From NCBI GenBank assembly GCA_007133745.1, contig SLMC01000317.1, positions 1-18,925 of the forward strand: a stretch of 18,925 bases of DNA, written 5' to 3'. Below, in pieces: positions 1 through 6,466 of the stretch; position 1 is the first letter of the stretch, and the number at the start of each line of letters is the position of its first letter. The position numbers and the translations under genes are program-made. A model generated the notes under the pieces. That model was given only the letters and a program-made list of their open reading frames with translations. It did not search any database and was not told where the DNA came from. This DNA comes from Kiritimatiellia bacterium (GTDB lineage: Bacteria > Verrucomicrobiota > Kiritimatiellia > UBA8416 > SLMC01).

Positions 1-37
1 CGTAATCCGGACGAGAAAGAGGGGATAAGAGATAGGG

Positions 38-61
38 GTGTACGAGTATGTGTACGAGTAC
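38..61. repeat. Tandem 12-mer direct repeat (GTGTACGAGTAY x2) flanked by GATAAGA copies
   Basis: Sequence shows gtgtacgagtat/gtgtacgagtac in tandem at 38-61. GATAAGA occurs on both sides, at ~25-31 and ~63-69. Confidence 0.5.
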
Positions 62-122
62 GGATAAGAAAACCTGCGGCATGGCAACGGTCTGTTTGGG
101 AACACCTTTTCGGATGGGGTCG

Positions 123-220
123 AGCTAGGGGCTAGGAGCTAGGGACTACGGACCAGGGACTAAGGACTAAAGACTAAGGACTAAGGACTAAGGACTAAGG
201 ACTAAGGACTACGAAGAACG
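123..220. repeat. Heptanucleotide tandem array, ~14 units with a core of seven near-perfect GACTAAG copies at 158-206
   Basis: Direct read gives agctagg ggctagg agctagg gactacg gaccagg gactaag gactaaa gactaag x5 gactacg aagaacg. The array ends ~25 bp before the ATG at 245. Confidence 0.9.
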
Positions 221-244
221 AAGGGTAGAGAAGGGAGGCTGGGC

Positions 245-1027
245 ATGAGACATGCAGTGGCGGGCGGAATGGTTGTTCTGGGTTTGTGGGCGGGCGGAGC
301 GATGCTTGCGTTGGGGCAGGAGGTGACTGGCAAGCAGATTGCCGAGCGCATTTACAATCGCGACGATGGCGCCGACAGCGTCTTCACGGTCAAGATGACG
401 CTGGTGGATCGGCGCGGACGCGAGCGCGAGCGGACGATGGTGACTTATTCCAAGGATGCGGAAGACGGTCTGGTCAATACGTTTATGCAGTTCGAGAGTC
501 CGGCGGACATCAAGGGGACGCGTTTTCTGACGCTGGAGCAACGGGGCGAGGATGATACGCAATATCTGTATATGCCCGCGCTCGGCCGTTCCCGTCGTAT
601 CGTAGGCGGGCAGCGCCAGCAAAGTTTCGTGAATACCGACTTCACGTTCGAGGATATGGAACGGCGCCATCCGGACGACGACCTTCACACGCTGAAGCGC
701 GAGGAAAAATTCAAGGAATGGGACTGCTATGTGATCGAGACCGTACCGGGCGAAGGCCGCGATTCCCAGTATTCCAAGTCTGTGGTTTGGATGGACAAGG
801 CCAGCGATGTGGTCGTCAAGGTGGATTTCTACGACCAGCGCGAGCGCCACGTCAAGCAGTTGCGGGTCAACAGGCTCGAGAAGAAGGACGGCATCTGGAC
901 CGCGATGGACACCGAAATGGAGAATTTGACGCGGGGGACCCGAACGCGTCTGGTGACGCTGGACGTGAAATACAACCAGGGGCTCGACGACAGCATGTTC
1001 ACGCTACGCCATCTCGAGGAAAAATGA
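245..1027 (+). CDS. LolA-like outer-membrane lipoprotein-sorting family protein (secreted)
   Basis: 260-aa ORF with an N-terminal signal peptide (MRHAVAGGMVVLGLWAGGAMLALG). A GGGAGG RBS lies 7 nt upstream. The YMPALGRSRRIV...NTDFTFEDM motif resembles the LolA-like (PF17131-type) family. The next gene encodes an OM beta-barrel, as in known pairs. Confidence 0.6.
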   Translation: MRHAVAGGMVVLGLWAGGAMLALGQEVTGKQIAERIYNRDDGADSVFTVKMTLVDRRGRERERTMVTYSKDAEDGLVNTFMQFESPADIKGTRFLTLEQRGEDDTQYLYMPALGRSRRIVGGQRQQSFVNTDFTFEDMERRHPDDDLHTLKREEKFKEWDCYVIETVPGEGRDSQYSKSVVWMDKASDVVVKVDFYDQRERHVKQLRVNRLEKKDGIWTAMDTEMENLTRGTRTRLVTLDVKYNQGLDDSMFTLRHLEEK

Positions 1028-1082
1028 GGCGTTGTGCGGCAGCGCCGATGCGGATCGCGCCTTAGCGTGTGTCTTTTTAAGA

Positions 1083-1140
1083 GAGAAACTGCGAAACACG
1101 GGCATGCTCGAAAGTTCTTTCTCCGCAGAACAATTTTTTT
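1083..1140 (+). terminator. Possible intrinsic terminator: nested hairpins followed by a T7 tract
   Basis: CTGCG...CGCAG encloses the perfect palindrome GAAAGttCTTTC (1111-1122), then caaTTTTTTT (1134-1140). The outer stem is weak. Confidence 0.3.
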
Positions 1141-1197
1141 CGCGCTTTTCGCGTGTTTCGTAGTTAAAAAAAAACACCAGTATCATCCCATAGCGTC

Positions 1198-1374
1198 TGG
1201 AATCATGGAATAGTGGAAGATTGGAGTGTTGGAAACTCTTGAAAGCCAATGGTCGGCCATTTGTCTTGCCTCGGACTTTCGCACAGTGCGTTGCATAATT
1301 TCCGAGAGAGGCAATCACGGTTTTCCGCTTGCTATCATTGTTCCAACATTCCCCCATTCCATTATTCCAATGGG
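1198..1374. repeat. Composite GGAAT-repeat inverted-repeat element, copy 1: left arm 1198-1236, right arm 1335-1374, central palindrome CGCACAGTGCG 1280-1290
   Basis: Left arm is TGGAATcaTGGAATagTGGAAgaTTGGAgtgTTGGAAAC. The right arm reverse complement is TTGGAATaaTGGAATgggGGAATgTTGGAAC. The arms are ~75% identical as inverted repeats. The palindrome sits exactly at the element centre. Confidence 0.75.
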
Positions 1375-2817
1375 ATGACGGTGAAGAAAAGAGGGGGGGG
1401 TCGCAAGGTGACGCAAAGGAGAAAAAACAGACGCGGTTTTCATGCGCCAACCCGGTCGTGGCGGTTGAGCGTTCTTCTTTTGGCATGGGCTTTGCCGGGT
1501 GCGGGGTGGGCATTCGATGTCAACGACATGGATTGGAGTCTCAAGGGAGATGCGTTCGTCAAGGCGACGCGCGATCTCAAGCGGGACAGCGATCTTGAGG
1601 CGCGTCAGGCGCTGGACAGTCGGGCCCGGCTCGAGAATACGCTGCGTTTCGGCGATAGCGGCGTTATGGCGGCGCTGCACGGAGAGGCGCGTTACGAAGC
1701 GTTCGACATGCGGGAAGGGGGGAACTGGGATTTTCTGCTTCGGGAAGCCTATGCCGAATTCCGGCGCGAGACCTTCAATATCGGCTTGGGCCGCCAGATC
1801 GTCACATGGGGAAAGCTGGACGATATGATGATTCTGGACCAGCTTTCGCCGCAGGATTTCCGCTGGTTCGCCTTTTACACCAAGCAGGAACGCAAAATCC
1901 CCGTGTTCATGCTCAAAACCGGGTATTACGGCCCGCGCTATTCGATCGAGGGGGTCTTGATTCCGGTTTTCACGCCGTCGGAGATCGACTATTTCGGGAC
2001 CGACTGGGCGCTGTTCGGGCGCATGAAGGAAACCGTGGCCGGCGGGCCCTGGCCGGAGCCGGTCAAACAGATGGTCGGGTCGATCGACATTGACGACCGT
2101 ACGGCGGCCAATACGGCGGAGGGCGGAGTTCGGCTGCGGGCGACGGAAGGCCGTACCGACTACGCGTTGTATTACCTGTCTTATTACAACCGCTTGCCGG
2201 CCTTGCGCGAATACACGCCCGCTGGGCGCTTGACCAAGCAGTTTCTTTTTATGCCCGGCCCGGATACGTTGAGCGCGCTGGCGGCGGCGAATCCGACGGC
2301 TCGGGACTTGACCCTGGATGCCGGATACGAACGCGTACACGCGGTGGGCGTGGATTTCGAAACCGTGATGGGGTCGTACGGGGTGCGTGGCGAATGCGGA
2401 TTCTTTTCCGATTTGCCGTTCACCCGCGCGAGCGATTTGGCCTATGTTCGCAAAAAGACCTTGGCGGCCGGAATCGGCGTCGATTACACGACCTTCAACA
2501 ACCTGTACTGGAACGTGCAGGTGGTGGCCAACAAGATTTTGAACACCGAGGATTTGGTCGAGACCGAGTCGTTTTCGCAGGAAATCGTTTTGAATGTCAA
2601 CAGGGACTTCATGATGGGCGATTTGACTTTGGACTTCAGCGGAATCTATCAGATCACGGAGGGCGGCTGGATGGCACGCCCGGAAATGGCTTACACGATG
2701 CGGGCGGGACTGGATCTGATTTGCGGCCTGCTCTTGCTCGGCGGCGACGAGACATCCATGTTCGGCCGTTACAAGCACAAGGACCTGATTTACACCCAGC
2801 TTCGGTACCGGTTCTGA
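1375..2817 (+). CDS. Outer-membrane beta-barrel protein, possibly DUF1302-like; partner of the upstream LolA-like protein
   Basis: Long ORF with a Sec signal (RSWRLSVLLLAWALPGAGWA). The C-terminal ...QLRYRF ends in Phe, typical of OM beta-barrels. The start is ambiguous: ATG 1375, or GTG 1408 with a strong GAGGGGGG RBS. Confidence 0.55.
   Translation: MTVKKRGGGRKVTQRRKNRRGFHAPTRSWRLSVLLLAWALPGAGWAFDVNDMDWSLKGDAFVKATRDLKRDSDLEARQALDSRARLENTLRFGDSGVMAALHGEARYEAFDMREGGNWDFLLREAYAEFRRETFNIGLGRQIVTWGKLDDMMILDQLSPQDFRWFAFYTKQERKIPVFMLKTGYYGPRYSIEGVLIPVFTPSEIDYFGTDWALFGRMKETVAGGPWPEPVKQMVGSIDIDDRTAANTAEGGVRLRATEGRTDYALYYLSYYNRLPALREYTPAGRLTKQFLFMPGPDTLSALAAANPTARDLTLDAGYERVHAVGVDFETVMGSYGVRGECGFFSDLPFTRASDLAYVRKKTLAAGIGVDYTTFNNLYWNVQVVANKILNTEDLVETESFSQEIVLNVNRDFMMGDLTLDFSGIYQITEGGWMARPEMAYTMRAGLDLICGLLLLGGDETSMFGRYKHKDLIYTQLRYRF
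1393..1400. repeat. Homopolymeric G8 tract at the start of the beta-barrel gene
   Basis: The sequence gaGGGGGGGGtc lies inside the ORF if ATG 1375 is the start. It is the RBS for the alternative GTG at 1408. Confidence 0.85.
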
Positions 2818-2886
2818 CTCCAAATTTGCCGCTTGCATTCCGGCTCGGATTTTGGAAAAGTTCGCGTATTGAAGGATTGGTGCGGT

Positions 2887-2916
2887 TTGGTCGGGCTTGG
2901 TCCGCCTGCATATAAT
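2887..2916 (+). promoter_or_regulatory. Putative sigma70-type promoter for the NfeD-flotillin operon, with phased TTGGT repeats upstream
   Basis: -35-like TTGGTC (2887-2892), 18-nt spacer, perfect TATAAT (2911-2916), ~55 bp before the start. TTGGT recurs three times at ~10-bp spacing between 2877 and 2901. Confidence 0.35.
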
Positions 2917-2966
2917 CTGATCCCGTAGGTTCTATTAGTTTGCGGCCTTAGGCCGCCCCTGGGAGG

Positions 2967-3593
2967 ATGCCCGTGAGCGCGTGGTGGGAGAGTTTGGACG
3001 GCTTGACCAGGGCCTTGTACGGGGTGGCGCTGTTTTTCAGCGTCTTGTTCGTTTGGCAACTGGCGGCTACGCTGTTGGGGCTGGGCGGCGATGCGGCGGA
3101 CGATGCTGACGCGACGGACGGCGATTTTTCGGATGCGGGCGACGACGCCGTTGAAACCATGACGGCTTTCAGGCTCTTGAGCATCCGTTCGATCATCACG
3201 TTTCTTACGCTTTTTTCCTGGGGTGGCGCTTTGTATTTGAGCGACGGTCGCAGTGCGCGCTACGCGATCGGAGTGTCCAGTTTGTGGGGGCTGTTCGGCA
3301 TGCTGTGCGTCGCCGGCCTTCTGTACGTGCTGCCGCGGCTGGCCCATACGGGCACCAAGAACATGGCGTCGGCGGTTGGCGCAAGCGGGCAAGTCTATTT
3401 GGATATTCCGGAAAACGGGGACGGGGAAGTGCGTGTGAATGTCAGCGGCATCGTGTCCTATGTCAAGGCGCGCGCGAAAGACGGACAGGCGCTCAAGGCT
3501 GGAACGCCGGTGGTGGTCGCGCGTCGGCTGAGTTCGACCCTGCTGGAAGTCGAGCGGATCAACGAAAGCAAAACACAGGGAGGTTCTTCATGA
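2967..3593 (+). CDS. NfeD-like membrane protein (YqiJ/YuaF family), flotillin partner
   Basis: Hydrophobic N-terminal segments, an acidic loop and a C-terminal beta-rich OB-like region (VRVNVSGIVSYVKARAKDGQ...GTPVVVARR). The stop overlaps the flotillin start (ATGA). GTG at 2973 has the better GGAGG spacing than ATG 2967. Confidence 0.6.
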   Translation: MPVSAWWESLDGLTRALYGVALFFSVLFVWQLAATLLGLGGDAADDADATDGDFSDAGDDAVETMTAFRLLSIRSIITFLTLFSWGGALYLSDGRSARYAIGVSSLWGLFGMLCVAGLLYVLPRLAHTGTKNMASAVGASGQVYLDIPENGDGEVRVNVSGIVSYVKARAKDGQALKAGTPVVVARRLSSTLLEVERINESKTQGGSS

Positions 3594-5113
3594 GCATGAC
3601 AGCGTTGCATTCGGCCATGACGGCGCTTGCGCAAGCCGGGGGCGGGCGGAGGGGCGGGGCGCCGGTGGGTCTTATTTTGGCCTTGATTCTCGGGGCGACG
3701 GCTATCGTGCTGATTATGAGTTTCGCCAAGCGCTATATGCGCTGTCCGTCGAACAAGATTCTTGTGATTTACGGCAAGACGGGGAGCGGGGTCGCCCGGT
3801 GCATTCACGGCGGCGCCGCCTTCGTGTGGCCTTTGTTTCAATCGTGCGCCTACCTTGATCTCGAGCCGTTCGTGGTGCCGATCGACTTGAAAAGCGCGCT
3901 GTCTTCCGAAAACATTCGCGTCACGGTTCCCACGACCGTGACCGCCGCCATTTCGACCGATCGGGGCGTCATGGAAAACGCGGCCATTCGTTTGCTCGGT
4001 CTCTCGGATCAGCAGATTCGCGATCAGGCGCAGGACATCATTCTCGGTCAGATGCGCGCGGTGATCGCCACGATGAAGATCGAGGAGATCAACCAGGACC
4101 GTCAGGCGTTTCTCTCTAAGGTCAACGAGGCGGTCTCGGGCGAGCTGGAAAAAATCGGGTTGCAATTGATCAACGTCAATATTCGCGATATCGAAGACGA
4201 TTCCGGTTACATTGTCGCCCTGGGTCGCCGTGCCGCCGCCGAGGCGATCAACCAGGCCAATGTCGATGTGGCCGAACAGGAGAAGATGGGGGAGACCGGC
4301 GTGGCCGCGCGACAGCGCGACCAGCGCACAGCGGTTGCGGCCTCCATGGCCGAAGCGGAGATTGGCGAAGCCGAGGCCGACCGCAATCGCCGTTCGCGCG
4401 CGTCGCAACTGAACGCCGAGGCGGTTCAGGCGGAAACGGAAGCCGACTCCCGCAAGGCGGAGTATCAGGCCAACCAGCGCGTGGCCGAGGAAGCGGCGCG
4501 CAATCGCGCGGAATCGGCCGCTCGCGACGCCGACGGCGCGATTCGCGTGGCTCAGGAAGTAGCCGAGGAAAAGGCCGAGGAGGCGCGTGCGGAACGCGAA
4601 AAGGCGCGCCTGAACGCCGAGGTCATCGTGCCGGCCAATATTGATCGGGATCGCGTGATTATTGCCGCCGACGCGGCTCGCGAGCAGGCGGTTCGGGTGG
4701 CCAAGGGCGAAGCCGAAGCGGCTCTGGCGAAGATGCGGGCGGAAGGCGAAGGCGTAAAGGCCATTCTTGCCGGCAAGGCGGCCGGCTATCAGGCGCTGGT
4801 GCAATCCTGCGCCACGGCGCAACAGGCGGCGTCCTTGCTGCTTATCGAAAAGCTGCAGGACATCGCCGAAATTCAGGCGCAAGCCATTCAGGATCTGCCT
4901 ATCGAAAAAATCGTCGTTTGGGACGGCGGCGGCCAGAATGGCGGCATTGCCGGTCTGGGCCAGCGACTCATGGGCGCTTTGCCGCCCATGCATGAACTGG
5001 CGCGTCAAATCGGATTGGAGCTGCCGGATTATCTCGGGAAGACCGCCGGAGTCGGCGTTGCCACCGCGCCGCCCGAGGCCAAGTCCGATGCGGCCGGGCA
5101 GGACTCGGCCTGA
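3590..5113 (+). CDS. Flotillin (SPFH/band-7 family, YqiK/FloT-like)
   Basis: TM helix, SPFH-like region (RVTVPTTVTAAISTD...IIL GQMRAVIATMKIEEINQDRQAF) and a long Ala/Glu-rich coiled coil. A GGAGG RBS precedes it, with ATGA overlap onto NfeD. This is the canonical nfeD-flotillin pairing. Confidence 0.8.
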   Translation: MSMTALHSAMTALAQAGGGRRGGAPVGLILALILGATAIVLIMSFAKRYMRCPSNKILVIYGKTGSGVARCIHGGAAFVWPLFQSCAYLDLEPFVVPIDLKSALSSENIRVTVPTTVTAAISTDRGVMENAAIRLLGLSDQQIRDQAQDIILGQMRAVIATMKIEEINQDRQAFLSKVNEAVSGELEKIGLQLINVNIRDIEDDSGYIVALGRRAAAEAINQANVDVAEQEKMGETGVAARQRDQRTAVAASMAEAEIGEAEADRNRRSRASQLNAEAVQAETEADSRKAEYQANQRVAEEAARNRAESAARDADGAIRVAQEVAEEKAEEARAEREKARLNAEVIVPANIDRDRVIIAADAAREQAVRVAKGEAEAALAKMRAEGEGVKAILAGKAAGYQALVQSCATAQQAASLLLIEKLQDIAEIQAQAIQDLPIEKIVVWDGGGQNGGIAGLGQRLMGALPPMHELARQIGLELPDYLGKTAGVGVATAPPEAKSDAAGQDSA

Positions 5114-5147
5114 TTATTGACGTCGCCCACTGAACAACGGATGAATC

Positions 5148-6278
5148 ATGGATTCTTTGGCTAAAGCGGAGCGGGTGGCCTATCTGGCCAATGTGCTTGC
5201 GATCGCCGCGCACGCAGGCGAAATAGGCCCTGAAGAAGCGCGCGTGATTGAACATGTCGCCGCCCGCGTGGCGGCGACCGATGCGGACATGGAGGCGGCT
5301 CGTCATTTGCAGGAAAGCGGGCATTACAAAATGGCGCTGATGCGCGATCAGCGCATCCGCATGGCGAACTTGGAAGACATGGTGCTGGTCGCGCTGGCCG
5401 ACGGAACGATTCGGGAAGCCGAATCGGCTCCAATCGAAAAATTGGCCGGAGCCATGCGCTACTCTCAGGTCGATATCGAAATGGCGGTTCGGCGAGCGAA
5501 GCAGCGTTTGCGAAAACTCGCAAACCAGCCGTCGCGGCCGACGGCGGCCCCGAAGACCGTTGCGACTCGGCGACGCCCGGCCCGAACCGTGTCGCGACCG
5601 GATCCGAAAAGCGGGCCGCCGCCTCCGTTGCCCGTGCCGCCCAATGCCGAGGAAGCGATCGATCAGCCGGAATCCGAATCCGAAGCCGAACCGGATGCGA
5701 AGATGGCAGAGAAACAGCATGCTCGGGAATCGTTGCCCGCCGAACCCGAAGCCGATTCGGTTTCGCAAGATGAAGAGGCGTTGATTCTGGCCGCGTGTAT
5801 CGAGGCGCGCAACGCCGCCGCGAATCCGGATGCCCATTGTTTCGGCGTGGGCGATGCCTCGCTCAATATTTGGGGTTGTTGCATGGCTCGCATGCCATGG
5901 GCCGCAGGCCAGAATTGGCTTTCTCTCGGAACGTTCCGCAGCGACAACGTTTTCGAGTTCGATCGCGACGCCATCCGCCGCGAGGTTGTTCAGGCCTTAC
6001 GGCCGGTCGCGAGTTGCCCCTGCCTGCAGGCCGAGACCGTCGGGAAGGCGATCGATTGCATGCCGTCCCGCGCCCGTGTCGGGCCGCGCTGGGTTCGTCG
6101 CCCCGCGAAGCCGGACGGCACAGGGGTTGTGCTGAACGTCCGCGAACGCGTTCACGGGTGCGAGGTATGCAGTCGGCGCAGGGTGGAGGGGCTGGACCCT
6201 GTCGGCGTTGGGGAGGCGCGCCGTATCGTCCGCGACGTCTGTCGCGCAGTCAATCGTCCGCCGCTCGCTTTTCCCTGA
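5148..6278 (+). CDS. TerB-like domain protein with a Pro-rich linker and a Cys-rich C-terminal domain
   Basis: The N-terminal ~125 aa resembles the TerB/DjlA-N fold (VLAIAAHAGEIGPEEARVIE...VLVALADGTIREAE). The acidic/Pro linker and the C-terminal Cys cluster (CC, C-P-C, H-G-C-E-V-C) are not recognised. Confidence 0.5.
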   Translation: MDSLAKAERVAYLANVLAIAAHAGEIGPEEARVIEHVAARVAATDADMEAARHLQESGHYKMALMRDQRIRMANLEDMVLVALADGTIREAESAPIEKLAGAMRYSQVDIEMAVRRAKQRLRKLANQPSRPTAAPKTVATRRRPARTVSRPDPKSGPPPPLPVPPNAEEAIDQPESESEAEPDAKMAEKQHARESLPAEPEADSVSQDEEALILAACIEARNAAANPDAHCFGVGDASLNIWGCCMARMPWAAGQNWLSLGTFRSDNVFEFDRDAIRREVVQALRPVASCPCLQAETVGKAIDCMPSRARVGPRWVRRPAKPDGTGVVLNVRERVHGCEVCSRRRVEGLDPVGVGEARRIVRDVCRAVNRPPLAFP

Positions 6279-6346
6279 GAAGCTCGCGCGGTCAGGGGGA
6301 CTGCCGGGAATGGCGCTTAGATTAGTTTCTGTTGCGGAAAGGCTGC

Positions 6347-6366
6347 GGACGACACGGAGGTCGTCC
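6347..6366. other. Perfect hairpin GGACGAC-acggag-GTCGTCC
   Basis: 7-bp perfect stem with a 6-nt loop in the TerB/phosphoesterase intergenic region. No T-tract follows. Confidence 0.6.
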
Positions 6367-6466
6367 CTCCATTGCAAAAACAAAGCGATTTCAAGGGGTT
6401 TGGAGGGTCGGGCTCCGTACCGACCGCTTCCCGCAACCGCAACAACGTAAGGGAACGAACACTTTT

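Noticed and set aside
1278-1296. Sigma-54 promoter call at tcGCACagtgcgTTGCAtaa.
   Set aside because: The -12 TTGCA is good, but the -24 element reads CGCAC rather than GGCAC and the spacing is one nt off. It is kept only as a comment under the central-palindrome finding.
1315-2838. Long antisense ORFs opposite real genes (e.g. 1315-2838 -, 3458-5008 -, 6485-7828 -, 14226-15443 -, 15483-17888 -, 8043-8975 -).
   Set aside because: High-GC DNA produces long stop-free shadow frames. The translations are Arg/Gly/Pro-rich and low-complexity, with no recognisable domains. The sense-strand partners have clear domain signatures and RBSs.
3253-3438. Small ORFs nested in other frames (3253-3438, 4212-4412, 10676-10861 and similar).
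   Set aside because: Each lies fully inside a well-supported larger gene in a different frame, and none has an RBS. They are frame-shadow artefacts.
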